Numbered from the stretch's first letter, positions 40,097 through 51,608 are shown. The stretch is DNA of 64,000 bases from an uncultured Gammaproteobacteria bacterium (GCA_963841065.1 CAWJBI010000031.1:80674-144673); one strand, 5' to 3'. Numbers and translations are program-made. Notes: a model not told the origin generated them from the sequence alone.

Positions 40097-40965
40097 TCAG
40101 CCAAAGCGACCGGTGATGTAGTCCTCGGTGAGCGGGTGGCTGGGGTTGGTGAAGATCTGGTTGGTCTCGCCGACCTCCACCAGGTCGCCCAGGTGGAAAT
40201 AGGCGGTGCGCTGGGAGACGCGGGCGGCCTGCTGCATGGAGTGGGTGACGATGGCGATGGCTGTAGTTTTCGCGCAGTTCGTCGATCAGCTCCTCGATGC
40301 GGGCGGTGGCGATGGGGTCCAGGGCCGAGCAGGGCTCGTCCATGAGGATCACCTCGGGAGAGACGGCGATGGTGCGGGCGATGCACAGCCGCTGCTGCTG
40401 GCCGCCGGAGAGGCTGGTGCCCGGCTGCTGGAGACGGTCCTTGACCTCGTTCCAGAGACCGGCCTTGCGCAGGCTGCCTTCCACCAGGGCGTCGAGTTCG
40501 GCCTTATTGTTGGTCAGGCCATGGATGCGCGGGCCATAGGCGACGTTCTCGTAGATCGACTTGGGGAAGGGGTTTGGCTTCTGGAAGACCATGCCAACCT
40601 GGGCGCGCAGCGGGCACCACATCCGGTGCCCTTGTCGTAGATGTCCCTGCCCGTCCAGGGTGATATGACCCTGGACCCGGCAACCCGGCACCGTGTCGTT
40701 CATGCGGTTGAGGCAGCGCAGGAAGGTGGACTTGCCGCAGCCGGAGGGGCCGATCATGGCCACCACCTCATGCTTGCCGATGTCCAGGCTGACATTCTTG
40801 ATGGCGTGTTTGTCGCCGTAATAGACATCGACATTGCGGCAGATCATGCGCGCCTTGGGGGAGGTGAAGTCGCCCGACCGTGCCGGAGAGATTCCGGCGG
40901 GGGGCCAGGTCCGCGGCGGTCATGGCGCCGGTCTGTGGGCAGGTATCTTCTGCGATGGCGTTCAT
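40097..40965 (-). pseudogene. pstB: phosphate ABC transporter ATPase PstB, at least 5 apparent frameshifts
   Basis: Walker [42 protein letters not shown] and [12 protein letters not shown] are in one frame. The N-terminus (MNAIAEDT...) and the C-terminus ([36 protein letters not shown]) are in other frames. Three 1-nt homopolymer expansions within about 40610-40650 cancel each other. Confidence 0.8.
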
Positions 40966-41013
40966 GGTTGGGTTCTCATGGGTTCAGGGCGCGGGTCAGG
41001 GCCGATCGATGGC

Positions 41014-42630
41014 CTACCAGCGCCGCTCGAAGTGCCGGCGCAGCAGGACCGCGGCCAGGTTCATCAGGCCAGGAAGGTCGAGCAGTACCATGATGGCCGC
41101 CGAGGTACGCTCGACAAGGCCGACCTCGGGGCTGTCCGCCCAGAGGTAGATCTGCACCGGCAGACGGGGTCGAGGGCGAGAGAAACCGGAGGGGATATCG
41201 ACGATGAAGGCGATCATGCCGATCATCAGCAGGGGTGCCGTCTCGCCCAAGGCGCGGGCCATGCCCAGGATGGCGCCGGTGAGCATGCCCGGGCATCGCC
41301 AGCGGCAGGACATGGTGGAACTGGGTTTGAAGCGGGGAGGCCCCGACGCCCAGGGCCGCCTCGCGGATGGACGGCGGCACCGACCTCAAGGCCGCACGGC
41401 TGGCGATGATGATGGTCGGCAGGGTCATCAAGGTCAGCACCAGGGCGCCCACCAGGGGGGTGGAGCGGGGCATGCCGAAGAAGTTGATGAAGACCGCCAG
41501 CCCCAGCAGGCCGAAGACAATCGAGGGCACCGCCGCCAGGTTGTTGATGTTGACCTCGATGAGATCGGTCAGCCGGTTCTTTGGCGCGAACTCCTCCAGG
41601 TAGATCGCCGCCCCTACCCCGATGGGGAAGGACAGCAGCCAGGGTCAGTATCAGGGTATAGAAGGAGCCCAGGCAGGGCGCCGGCGATGCCCGCCAGTTC
41701 CGGCTCGCGGGAGTCGCCGTGGGTGAAGAAGGGGGTGTTGAAGCGCTTGGCGATGGCCCCGTCGGACTGGAGGTCGTGAACCCAGGCGATCAACTGATCC
41801 TTGAGGCGCCGATCATGCTCCGGGGTGGCAAGGCGCAAAGTCTCCCAACTGCCTGCGGGGGCCGGCATCAGGTTGGCCAGGGGCCTGAGGACCTGGCCAA
41901 GGATGGCGTTGCCGTTCACCCCCGTTACCTTGATCAGCCCGCCGTTGATGGCGACCAGATAGCTGGGGATGTTGCCGTCGAGGGGGATACCCGTGGGGAT
42001 TCCGGTAAAATCAGCCCCCGTGGACTGGACCTGGATTGCGTTCTCGGCGCCCGCCGCGACCAGGCTCGGGCTGGCGGTACCCTCTCCGCGCTGGCGGTCG
42101 ATGGCGGTGGAGCGCCCCTTCATGAAGCTGTCGATGTCGTCATTAGCCAGGACCCAGAGCGCTTGGGTGGTACCGATAATCGCCGGGTCCGCCAGGACCC
42201 TTTCCCGCAACTGCTGCGGTACGCCGGGGCTGAGAGGCTATAGAGGGCCTGCCGTCGGACCGGCTTGTGACCTCCGGGAAACGCGCGGACAGGGCGTCAC
42301 GGGCGACCTTGAGGTAGTTGGCATCGCCTGGAGGTCGTCCGGGTCGCGCTTCCCCTCGGGGTCGATGACCTCGGCGGACGAAGTCCACCGCCAGGCGGAG
42401 GTAGGTCTGCTGAAAGGCGGTGTAACCCTTGCCGACGATGTCGGCGAAGAGGATGGCGACGAAGGCAGCAGGCCCGAGGAAGACGGCGCCCAGGCCGATG
42501 ACCCGGAAGCGCTGTTCGGCGGCTAGCGCCGCTTGAGGCTGGCTTGACGATGTCGATGGTCGGCGGCTCCCGCGGGTCCCGTCGCCGGTCCCCGTCGGGC
42601 GGCCAGCTCGCTGGTGACTTGATTATTCAT
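41014..42630 (-). pseudogene. pstA: phosphate ABC transporter permease PstA (long form), multiple apparent frameshifts
   Basis: ATG at 42630 overlaps the pstC stop. Recognisable PstA segments lie in different frames: NINNLAAVPSIVFGLLGLAVF; ASRAALRSVPPSIREAALGVGAS; MARALGETAPLLMIGM; and the end LLRRHFERRW. Confidence 0.7.
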
Positions 42631-44026
42631 ACTGTTCCCGATACTTGCGCACGATGTGCAGGGCGATGACGTTGAGAATCAGGGTGACGACGAAGAGCGT
42701 CAGGCCCAGGGCAAAGGCGGCCAGGGTCTTGGGGCTGTCGAACTCCTGGTCACCGGTCAGGAGGGTGACGATCTGCACCGTGACCGTGGTGACCGCCTCC
42801 AGCGGGTTGGCGGTGAGATTGGCCGACATGCCGGCGGCCATGACCACGATCATGGTCTCGCCGATGGCCCGGGATACCGCCGAGCAGGATGCCGCCGACG
42901 ATACCCGGCAGGGCCGCGGGGAGGATGACCCGGCGCGATGGTCTCCGAGTGGGTGGCCCCCAGGGCGTAGGAGCCGTCGCGCATGGACTGGGGCACGGCG
43001 TTGATGACGTCGTCCGAGAGCGAGGAGACGAAGGGGATGATCATGATGCCCATGACCAGGCCGGCCGCCAGGGCGCTCTCGGAGGAGACGTCCAGCCCCA
43101 GGCCTCGCGCCCAGGTCGCGGATAGGCCGGGGCGACGGTCAGGGCGGCAAAGAAACCGTAGACCACGGTGGGAATGCCGGCCAGGACCTCAAGGATAGGC
43201 TTGGCGAAGGCCCGTAGCTGGCTACTGGCATATTCGGAGAGGTAGATGGCCGCCATGAGGCCGATGGGCACGGCGATCAGCATGGCGATAACCGTGATCA
43301 TGAGGGTCCCGGTGAAGAGGGGTACGGCGCCAAAGGCGCCGCTGGCGCCGACCTGGTCCTGGCGCAGGGCGATCTGGGGGCTCCACGCACTGCCGAAGAA
43401 GAACTCGGTCATCGAGACCTTCTCGAAAAAGAGGAGGGACTCGAAGATCACGGACAAGACGATCCCCAGGGTGGTGAGGATGGCGATGGAAGAGAAGAGC
43501 ATCAGGATGACCATGACCATCCGCTCGACCCGGTTGCGGGAACGCATCGCCGGGGAGATTTGCGTCCAGGCCAGGGACAGGCCGCCGAGCCCACGGCCAG
43601 GACCAGGACCCAGAGGCCGATGTTAGCCAGGCTTTGCAGCCGGCCGTACTCCGCGGCCGCTGCCTGGATGCCTGGGGTGACCTTGCCAGAGACGATGTTG
43701 CCCGTCGCCAGGTTCTGGATGTCGCTGATCAGCAGGCTGAGATTGCCCTCCGACAGGCCCTGCGATCGTCTCGACCGGCAAGTGGGACCGGACCAGGGCG
43801 GTGATGAGCGTGTCCTGGAACCCAGCCCAGAGCCCCAGTAGCAGGAGCGCGGGGAGACCGGCCCACAGGGCGGCGTAACAGCCGTAGTAACCCGGCAGCG
43901 AGTGCAGGGTCTTGATACGCGCGCGGCCACCGGCGAGCCGCGATCGCCCGCTTGCCGCCAAGGTGGTAGGCGAAGGCCATCAAGCCGAGCAGGATCAGGA
44001 AGAGGTGGAAAGGGACATGACAACAT
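42623..44026 (-). pseudogene. pstC: phosphate ABC transporter permease PstC (long form), multiple apparent frameshifts
   Basis: Segments are recovered from three frames: FHLFLILLGLMAFAYHLGGKRAIA; IKTLHSLPGYYGCYAALWAGLPALLLLG; RVERMVMVILMLFSSIAILTTLGIVLSVIFE; and the end IVVMAAGMSANLTANPLEAV...VRKYREQYE. Confidence 0.7.
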
Positions 44027-44111
44027 CCTGGAACGACTGAGGCAGGGGCCCGCGCCAACCCTGGGCAGGCGCGGGTGGGGGCTGGCGCCCCGGCCGGAGG
44101 CCTGCCCGGGA

Positions 44112-45168
44112 TCAGTGGGATGCGGGCCTGGTCATGGGGGTCAGGGCCTTGGCGGCCTTGGCGACCTCCTTGCGCTCCTGCCTCGGGCAGCGGCGATCAG
44201 GCCCTTGTCGGCCAGGTAGCCTTCCGGACCCCAGGCCGCGTCGCTGGTGAACTCGGTCACGTATTCCGGGATGCCCGGGATGGTGCCGATGTGGGCCTTC
44301 TTGACATAGAAGAAGAGCGAGCGGGATACCGGGTACTGGCCAGCGGAGATGGTCTCGAAGGTTGGCGCGACGCCATCAATCTGGGCGCCCTGGACCTTGT
44401 CCGCTGTTCTGCTCCAGGAAGCTGAAGCCGAAGATGCCGAGGGCCTTGGGGTTGGCCTGGAGCTTCTGGACGATCAGGTTGTCGTTCTCGCCGGCCTCGA
44501 TATAGGCCCCGTCCTCGCGCACGCCCATGCAGACCGCCTGGAACCTCTTCTTGTCCGCCTTCTCCATGGCCTTGATCAGTTCAATCTGCTTGCAGCCAGC
44601 CTCCATTGCCAGTTCGGCAAAGGCATCGCGGGTGCCGGAGGTGGGGGGCGGGCCCAGGACCTCGATCTTGATGTCGGGCAGGGCCGGATTGACGTCCCGC
44701 CAGGTCTGGTAGGGGTTGGCCACCAGGGTACCGGAGCCGTCCGGGTTGGGGACGTCCTTGGCCAGGGCCAGGAAAAGATCCTTCAGGCTCAGGTCCATGG
44801 CCTTGGCCTTCTTGGAACTGGCGATGGCGATGCCGTCGTAGCCGATCTTGACCTCGAGGATCTCCGTGACGCCCTTCTGCGACGCACTGATCGAATTCCG
44901 AGGCCTTGATGCGGCGGGAGGCGTTGGCGATGTCCGGGTTATCGACCCCGACGCCGGCACAGAACAGCTTGATGCCGCCCCCGGTACCGGTGGACTCGAT
45001 CTTGGGGGTCTTGAAGGTGCCTTTACGGCCGAAGTTCTCCGCCACGGTGGTGGCGAAGGGGAAAACGGTGGAGGAGCCGACGACGGCAATATAGTCGCGG
45101 GCCTGGGCCTGGGTTGCCGAGGCAAGGCTCAGAGCGGTCACGGCCGCGGTGATCATGGTCTTGTTCAT
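44112..45168 (-). pseudogene. pstS: phosphate-binding protein PstS, at least 3 apparent frameshifts
   Basis: ATG at 45168 with a signal peptide. GSSTVFPFATTVAENF, GPPPTSGTRDAFAEL and SAGQYPVSRSLFFYVKKAHIG are in three different frames. Confidence 0.75.
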
Positions 45169-45684
45169 TTACAGGTCTCATGTGGCGAAAGGATTGATTG
45201 CAAGATCTATTCTCTCCGCCAGGCATGATCGCCCGATGAGCACGGAATTAATTCCGCATGACCGAAAATCGGATTAATTCATTGGTCGTCCGCTAGTCTT
45301 GCTTTAAATACAGTGAGTTATATTTCTGCCTGAGGAACGCCATGGCGAGCCTTCTTATGGCGGGGACCCTGCGAAGTCGGATGGCTCGGGCCCGGCTGGT
45401 TTAACTCAACCGCCTAGGACCCTGTCAGCCACTTTATTCAGTTTCGTGAGAGACTTATCGTCGCCGATGACCGTTTCCGGTCAGCTTGGTCTTACGAAGG
45501 TGGGAGCTGGAACGACTGGGAGCAGTCCTCAAATCAGTCTTCAAACCGACACCTAATGATCTGCAAAATTTCATATCAATTTTCAGGATTCGTCATTATT
45601 CGATGATGACACCGCCGCGCAGGTCGCGGATCATTGCTGAAGACGTGAGACGCGGGGTGGGCACCGCCGCTCGGTTCCGATTGA

Positions 45685-46158
45685 CGCGCTGGGGGAGGAA
45701 ACGCCGTCGGCTGGATAGTCGCGACCGGCGAGTCCGCCGCCCTGGCCAAACAGTTCAGCAGCGCGACCTGTACCAAGCAGGGCATCCGCCCCGGCCAACT
45801 GACCCTGCACGCCGACTGCGGCTCCCGCATGAAGTCCAAACCGGTGGCCTTGCTGCTCTCCGACCTGGGCGTCACCAAGACCCACAGTCGGCCTTACACC
45901 AGCGACGACAACCCCTGCAGCGAGCCGCACTTCAAGACCCTGAAGTACCGGCCCGACTTCCCGGACCGCTTTGGCGCCATCCAGGACGCCCGCGTTCATT
46001 GCCAGGTCTTCTTCCCCTGGTACCACGACGACCACCGCCACTCGGGAATCGCCTTCATGACCCCGGCTGATGTCCATTACGGCCGCGTCCCGACGGTGAT
46101 CGTCTACAGCAACAGAGACGATGCACGGATACTGGAAGCAAAGTTCCTGGCGCCGTAG
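45685..46158 (+). mobile_element. IS3-family transposase (rve/DDE integrase core) C-terminal remnant
   Basis: The open frame from 45685 reads ...GWIVATGESAALAKQ...LTLHADCGSRMKSKPVALLLSDLGVTKTHSRPYTSDDNPCSEPHFKTLKYRPDFPDRF...HRHSGIAFMTPADVHYG. The N-terminal two-thirds of orfB, all of orfA, and any terminal inverted repeats are absent. Confidence 0.7.
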
Positions 46159-46591
46159 GAGGATAGAGGTAGGCGGAGGTAGGCGGGGTCAGGTCGAGCA
46201 CACTCCCAGGCAAAGCCGGTGGCTTTCGATCGCGGGCTTCTCACAGGGGCCTATCACCAGGTCCGTCGGGGCCTACGCGACCGACACCTCCGCCCGAGCG
46301 GTGGCGCGGACGGCTAGGCAGGGACTCCGGGTGTCCCACGGAAAGGCTTGCGGCTTGTCGCGTGGAGAGGTGAAAATGCGGACCCGATCGGAGTGATGCG
46401 GTCGCGATGCATCTGGGTACCTCTCGGTTGGCTACAAGTTTGGCTCCATGGCCAGTCCTTTTTCATTTTCAGCCTCGATCTCGGTGTCCGCGCCCAGTAT
46501 GGAGACGCGACACTCTAGGCCGACGGCTGGCCGCGCCCCGGCACGGCCGATGTCCGGCGCCTTTCAACCCCGTTGATTTGGAAGAATTCCG

Positions 46592-48853
46592 ATGTCTGAT
46601 GAGTTGAGAAAGAGCGCCCTGGATTATCACCGTTATCCGCGTCCGGGCAAGCTGGCGATCCAGGCCACCAAGCCCTTGGCCAATCAGCGGGACCTGGCCC
46701 TGGCCTACTCGCCGGGGGTGGCGGCGGCCTGCGAGGAGATCGTCGCCGATCCCCTGGCGGCGGCCCTGTACACCAGCCGCGGCAATCTGGTGGCCGTCAT
46801 CACCAACGGCACCGCGGTGCTCGGCCTGGGGGCCATCGGCGCCCTGGCCTCCAAGCCGGTGATGGAAGGCAAGGCGGTCCTCTTCAAGCAGTTCGCCGAT
46901 ATCGATGTCTTCGATATCGAGATCGATGAACTCGACCCCGAGCAACTCATCGCGACCATCGCCCGCCTCGAGCCCTCCTTCGGCGGCATCAATCTGGAGG
47001 ACATCAAGGCCCCGGAATGCTTCATCGTCGAAAAGGCCCTCAAGGAACGCATGAAGATCCCGGTCTTTCATGACGACCAGCACGGCACCGCCATCGTGGT
47101 CAGCGCCGCCGTCCTCAATGGCCTCAGGCTGGTCGGCAAGGAGATCGGCGAGGCGCGACTGGTGACCGCCGGCGCCGGGGCCGCCGCCCTGGCCTGCCTG
47201 GACCTCCTGGTCTCCCTGGGCCTCAAGCGCGAGCAGGTCATCGTCACCGACATCGCCGGGGTGGTCTATGAGGGCCGTACCGAGGTCATGGACCCCTACA
47301 AGGCCCGCTATGCGATCGACACGCCCCTGCGGACTCTGGAGGAGGCCCTGGAGGGCGCCGACATCTTCCTGGGGCTCTCCGCCGCCGGGATCCTGAAGGC
47401 CCCCTGGCTGCTGAAGATGGCCCCGAACCCCCTGGTCTTCGCCCTGGCCAATCCCAATCCCGAGATCGCGCCCGAGGAGGCGCGGGCGGTCCGCCCCGAC
47501 GCCATCCTGGCAACCGGCCGGACGGATTATCCCAATCAGGTCAACAACGTTCTCTGCTTTCCCTTTCTCTTTCGTGGTGCCCTGGATTGTGGTGCCACCG
47601 AGATCAACGAAGCCATGAAGCGCGCCTGTGTTCAGGCTATCGCCGATCTGGCCCGGGCCCGGCCTTCGGAGATCGTCCGCCAGGCCTACGGTGGCATGGA
47701 CCTGCGTTTTGGCCCCGAGTACCTGATCCCCAAGCCCTTCGATCCCCGTCTCATCGAGCAGGTCGCCCCGGCGGTGGCCGAGGCCGCCATGGCCTCGGGT
47801 GTCGCCACCCGGCCCATCGCGGATATGGTCGCCTATCGCCAGACTATGCATGACAGCGTCTTTCGCACCGGCATGACCATGAAGCATGTCTTCGACCTGG
47901 CGCGCAAGACGGTGCGGCGGGTGGTCTTTGCCGAGGGCGAGGAGGAAATGGTGCTGCAGGCGGTGCAGCAGGCGGTTGAGCAGGGCATCGCCCAGCCGGT
48001 CCTGATCGGGCGCCAGGCCGTGATCGAGCGGCGCCTGGCCAGTCTGGGGCTGGGCATCAAGGTTGGCGAGGATTTTCGCCTCATCGATCCCCAGAACAAT
48101 CCGGATCGCGAGGCCCATTACGAGGCTTTTTTCCAGCGGGCCAAGCGGCGCGGCTATACCCCGGCCGAGGCGCGCGTGCATATCCGCAACTCGCCCACGG
48201 CCCTGGCCGCGGTTCTGCTGCGGACTGGCGAGGCGGATGCCATGATCAGCGGGACCGTCGGGGGCTACCGGAGCCATCTGGAACAGATCGAACTCATCAT
48301 CGGCCGCGCCAAGGGCGTCGATCATATGGCGGCGATGACCGCCGTGGTGCTGCCGAGCGGGCCCCTCTTTATCGCCGACACGGACGTGCAGGCGGACCCG
48401 GACACCGAGTCCCTGGTGGAGATCACGGCCCTCTGTGCCGCCGAGGTGCGGCGGTTTGGCATCAAGCCCAAGGTTGCGCTGCTTTCCCATTCCAACTTCG
48501 GCAGTCATAAGGATGCCTCGGCGCTCAAGATGCATGAGGCCTTGTGCCTGATCCAGCATGCCTTTCCGGAACTTGAAGTCGAGGGCGAGATGCGTGCCGA
48601 CCTGGCGTTGTCTCATGCGATGCGGCAGCAGCGATTTCCGGATTCCCTGCTGGAGGGCCGCGCCAATCTGCTCATCATGCCGAATCAGGACGCGGCCAAT
48701 ATCGCCTTCAATCTGCTGAAGGTGATGGGGGATGGAACCGCGATTGGTCCTATCCTCCTGGGCGCCGCCAAGTCGGCCCATGTGGTCACGCCCGGGGTCA
48801 CGGTGCGGGGCCTGTTGAATATGACGGCCCTGGCGGCAGTGCAGGCGCGCTGA
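46592..48853 (+). CDS. maeB: NADP-dependent malic enzyme (malic enzyme + phosphotransacetylase-like domain)
   Basis: 753 aa. N-terminus [36 protein letters not shown], and a C-terminal PTA-like domain. Confidence 0.9.
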   Translation: MSDELRKSALDYHRYPRPGKLAIQATKPLANQRDLALAYSPGVAAACEEIVADPLAAALYTSRGNLVAVITNGTAVLGLGAIGALASKPVMEGKAVLFKQFADIDVFDIEIDELDPEQLIATIARLEPSFGGINLEDIKAPECFIVEKALKERMKIPVFHDDQHGTAIVVSAAVLNGLRLVGKEIGEARLVTAGAGAAALACLDLLVSLGLKREQVIVTDIAGVVYEGRTEVMDPYKARYAIDTPLRTLEEALEGADIFLGLSAAGILKAPWLLKMAPNPLVFALANPNPEIAPEEARAVRPDAILATGRTDYPNQVNNVLCFPFLFRGALDCGATEINEAMKRACVQAIADLARARPSEIVRQAYGGMDLRFGPEYLIPKPFDPRLIEQVAPAVAEAAMASGVATRPIADMVAYRQTMHDSVFRTGMTMKHVFDLARKTVRRVVFAEGEEEMVLQAVQQAVEQGIAQPVLIGRQAVIERRLASLGLGIKVGEDFRLIDPQNNPDREAHYEAFFQRAKRRGYTPAEARVHIRNSPTALAAVLLRTGEADAMISGTVGGYRSHLEQIELIIGRAKGVDHMAAMTAVVLPSGPLFIADTDVQADPDTESLVEITALCAAEVRRFGIKPKVALLSHSNFGSHKDASALKMHEALCLIQHAFPELEVEGEMRADLALSHAMRQQRFPDSLLEGRANLLIMPNQDAANIAFNLLKVMGDGTAIGPILLGAAKSAHVVTPGVTVRGLLNMTALAAVQAR

Positions 48854-48893
48854 GGGGGGGAGCGGCGCGGCGCCAGTTTGTCACCGGCCCCGC

Positions 48894-48930
48894 AAAAAAA
48901 ACCCGGCGCCAGGGTGGCGCCGGGTTTTTT
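48894..48930. terminator. bidirectional rho-independent terminator
   Basis: AAAAAAAA-CCCGGCGCC-agggt-GGCGCCGGG-TTTTTT, between maeB (+) and the convergent small ORF (-). Confidence 0.85.
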
Positions 48931-48961
48931 AGCCGGTGAGCGGGTTAAGTAAAGGAAGGGG

Positions 48962-49117
48962 TTAGCTCCCGAAAGCGTTGTCCTGGTGCGCGACGGTCTG
49001 GGTTTCGACCATGGAGACCTGGGATTGATTCAGGAAGGCCTGATCATCTTCCGAGACCGTGACAGCGGCGGAGACACCCCCAACGACTAGCGCTAAAGCA
49101 GCGATTACACCTAACAT
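48962..49117 (-). CDS. small (51-aa) putative secreted or membrane peptide, absent from the ORF track
   Basis: ATG at 49117 has GGAGAA 4 nt upstream. Translation: MLGVIAALALVVGGVSAAVTVSEDDQAFLNQSQVSMVETQTVAHQDNAFGS. An AT-rich putative promoter lies upstream, and the terminator 48894-48930 lies downstream. Confidence 0.45.
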   Translation of the reverse strand: MLGVIAALALVVGGVSAAVTVSEDDQAFLNQSQVSMVETQTVAHQDNAFGS

Positions 49118-49257
49118 TGTCTTCTCCAGATGAGATGTGATGAACGATGTGGATTAGTATATTAGAAAATTCTAATTCATCAAGATTTCATCTGTAACAA
49201 GATGTAACCGGTGCCGGTACCGCCGGCGCCCTCTACTCCTTGCCTGAAGGGTCAAGC

Positions 49258-50196
49258 ATGAAAAAAACGCTTGTAGCCGCGGTGTGTCGCGGCGGCTTCT
49301 CCCTAACCGGGGTCATCCTGCTGGGCGCGACTTTGGGTCTTGCCCGGGCGGCCCCGGATCAGCCCTTCGCGGTCGCTGCTCTGGGCAGGTCGGCCCCAGT
49401 CACGCCCGCCTGGGAGCACCTTGATGGGGCTGGGCTCCATCTCCAGTCCGACGCTGTCATGGTGGCGGACTCGGCGGGCAATCCCATCTTTTCCAAACAT
49501 GAGGACGAGCCCAAGTCCATTGCCTCCGTCACCAAGCTGATGACCGCCATCGTGGTGCTGGATGCCGGGGTGGACCTGGACGCGGTCATCACCATCCGGC
49601 CCGAGGACAAGGACATGTTGCGCAACAGTCGCTCCCGGCTCCAGATCAATCGTGCCAACCTGACCCGGCGGGAACTCCTGCTGGTGGCCCTCATGTCCTC
49701 GGATAATCGTGCGGCGGCGGCCCTGGGTCGTACCACCTTCGCGGGCGGGACCCCGGAGTTTGTCACGCAGATGAACCGTAAGGCCAAGGCGCTGGGGATG
49801 AGCAATACCCACTTCGCCGACAGCAGCGGCCTGAATGCCGAAAACCGCTCCACGGCGCGGGATCTGACCAAGCTGGTGAGTGCCGCCTCGGGTTACCCCC
49901 TGATCCGGGAGGCCACGACGACCCGGGATGCCCAGTTGCAGCCCCACCCCGGTGGTGGCGCCCTGGGCTATCGCAATACCAACCCCCTGGTCTCCAGCGA
50001 TGCCTGGGAGATCGAGGTGAGCAAGACGGGTTATATCTCCGACGCTGGCCGTTGCCTGGTCATGCAGGCCATGGTTGGCGGCCGCCGACTACGCTTCGTG
50101 CTGCTGGATTCACCCGGCAAGCATACGCCCATGGGGGATTCCAACCGCCTCCGTCAGTGGATCGAGCGGAGCCTGGCCAAGCAAGGGGCGGGTTGA
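49258..50196 (+). CDS. pbpG: D-alanyl-D-alanine endopeptidase / carboxypeptidase (peptidase S11, PBP7-like)
   Basis: ATG at 49258 with a signal peptide. SVTK (SxxK), SSDN (SxN) and KTG motifs occur in the correct order. Confidence 0.85.
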   Translation: MKKTLVAAVCRGGFSLTGVILLGATLGLARAAPDQPFAVAALGRSAPVTPAWEHLDGAGLHLQSDAVMVADSAGNPIFSKHEDEPKSIASVTKLMTAIVVLDAGVDLDAVITIRPEDKDMLRNSRSRLQINRANLTRRELLLVALMSSDNRAAAALGRTTFAGGTPEFVTQMNRKAKALGMSNTHFADSSGLNAENRSTARDLTKLVSAASGYPLIREATTTRDAQLQPHPGGGALGYRNTNPLVSSDAWEIEVSKTGYISDAGRCLVMQAMVGGRRLRFVLLDSPGKHTPMGDSNRLRQWIERSLAKQGAG

Positions 50197-50277
50197 CGGG
50201 GTGAGTGTCGGGGCGGTCTGGGGCGAGAGGGCCCGGGGACTGGAATCGGGGATAACCCGGATGAGCGATGCCAGAGG

Positions 50278-50646
50278 TCAGCGCCGTTCAGGCGGCCGGA
50301 AGTCGTAGCCGGGCTTTGCCCAGTAAGGATCCTTGGCGGGTGTGGGGTAGCCGGTTTGTTCACCTGGATAGGGAGCCCCGGCTTTCAGTCGCTGCTGTTC
50401 GCGGTCGCTCAAGGGGCGATACCTAAAAGGCTCCGGGGGGTTAGGCATGCCCGGCCCATATTTTGGCGGTGCCAACTCCTGCCAGGATGGCGCTGGGGCT
50501 GGCGGCGGAGTCCAGGGTTGCCCCGGCGGGGATGCTTGAAGGGGCGGCTTGGTTTGCGGGGGGGGCGCCTCCTCGGTGGGCGCGAACAGCAGCCATCCCC
50601 CCCCAATACCCAGAAAGGCGGCGATTAGATAGCCGGTGATCCTCAT
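50278..50646 (-). CDS. proline-rich membrane-anchored hypothetical protein
   Basis: 122 aa. One N-terminal TM segment (ITGYLIAAFLGIGGGWLLF), then Pro-rich low-complexity sequence. Confidence 0.45.
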   Translation of the reverse strand: MRITGYLIAAFLGIGGGWLLFAPTEEAPPPQTKPPLQASPPGQPWTPPPAPAPSWQELAPPKYGPGMPNPPEPFRYRPLSDREQQRLKAGAPYPGEQTGYPTPAKDPYWAKPGYDFRPPERR

Positions 50647-50707
50647 GGTTCAAGCTGTCCTCGACTCCGAGATTTCCTGAATTCAGTATACTCCAGGAGG
50701 GCGGCTA

Positions 50708-51532
50708 TCAGGCGTCTTCCGCCTCCTTGTCCCGTTCGATCAGGGCATAGGCGGAATGGTTGTGGATGGACTCGAAGTTCTCGGACTCCACGATGTAGGC
50801 GTCGATGCGATCGTCCGCATTGAGGCGCACCGCCACGTCCCGCACCATGTCCTCGACGAATTTCGGGTTGTTGTAGGCCCGTTCGGTGACGTATTTCTCG
50901 TCCGGACGCTTGAGCAGGCCGTAGAGTTCGCAGGAGGCCTCCTTTTCCACCAGGTCGATGATCTCCTCCAGCCAGATGAAGCCCCGAGTGCGGACCTGGA
51001 CGGTGACATGGGAGCGCTGGTTGTGGGCGCCGTAGGCGGAGATCTCCTTGGAACAGGGGCAGAGGCTGGTGACGGGCACCACGACCTTAATAAACATCCG
51101 TGGCGTGCCCTGGCTGATCTCGCCGATGAAGGTGACGTCATAGTCGAGCAGGCTCTGGACGCCACTGATGGGCGCCTTCTTGTTGACGAAGTAGGGGAAG
51201 CGCATCTCGATATGGCCCATCTCCGACTCCAGCCGCTCCGCCATCTCCGTGAGCATCTCCTTGAAGGACTCGATGCCGATCTCCTTCTCGTGCTTGTTGA
51301 GGATCTGCACGAAGCGGGACATGTGCGTGCCCTTGAAGTTATGGGGCAGATAAACGTACATGTTGAAGGTGGCGACCGTGTGCTGCTCGCCATCGCTGCG
51401 ATCCCGCACCCGAACCGGATGACGGATGTCCTTGATGCCCACCTTGTCGATGGCGATCCGACGGGTGTCGGCGCTGGCCTGGACATCGGCGATTGGCAGG
51501 GTGCAGGATGACTTCTTGATCGCTGAATCCAT
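50708..51532 (-). CDS. folE2: GTP cyclohydrolase FolE2 (type IB)
   Basis: 274 aa. Blocks [27 protein letters not shown] and KGTHMSRF, plus a Cys in CPCSKE, are typical of FolE2/MptA. Confidence 0.85.
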   Translation of the reverse strand: MDSAIKKSSCTLPIADVQASADTRRIAIDKVGIKDIRHPVRVRDRSDGEQHTVATFNMYVYLPHNFKGTHMSRFVQILNKHEKEIGIESFKEMLTEMAERLESEMGHIEMRFPYFVNKKAPISGVQSLLDYDVTFIGEISQGTPRMFIKVVVPVTSLCPCSKEISAYGAHNQRSHVTVQVRTRGFIWLEEIIDLVEKEASCELYGLLKRPDEKYVTERAYNNPKFVEDMVRDVAVRLNADDRIDAYIVESENFESIHNHSAYALIERDKEAEDA

Positions 51533-51608
51533 GGGGAATTCACCTTGACGCTAGGTCGTTGGGGGAGGCTGAATGCCAATTATGTGGGCCAACTGGGGGC
51601 AGGACAGC

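Noticed and set aside
46166-46185. Tandem duplication 2 x GAGGTAGGCG just after the IS remnant
   Set aside because: There are only two units. That is too short to call a repeat array or any functional element.
46469-48781. 770-aa ORF on the minus strand covering the whole of maeB
   Set aside because: It is antisense to a gene with an unambiguous family match (MaeB). Its translation is Gly/Arg/Asp/Leu/Gln-rich low-complexity sequence, typical of shadow ORFs in GC-rich DNA, and it has no motif.
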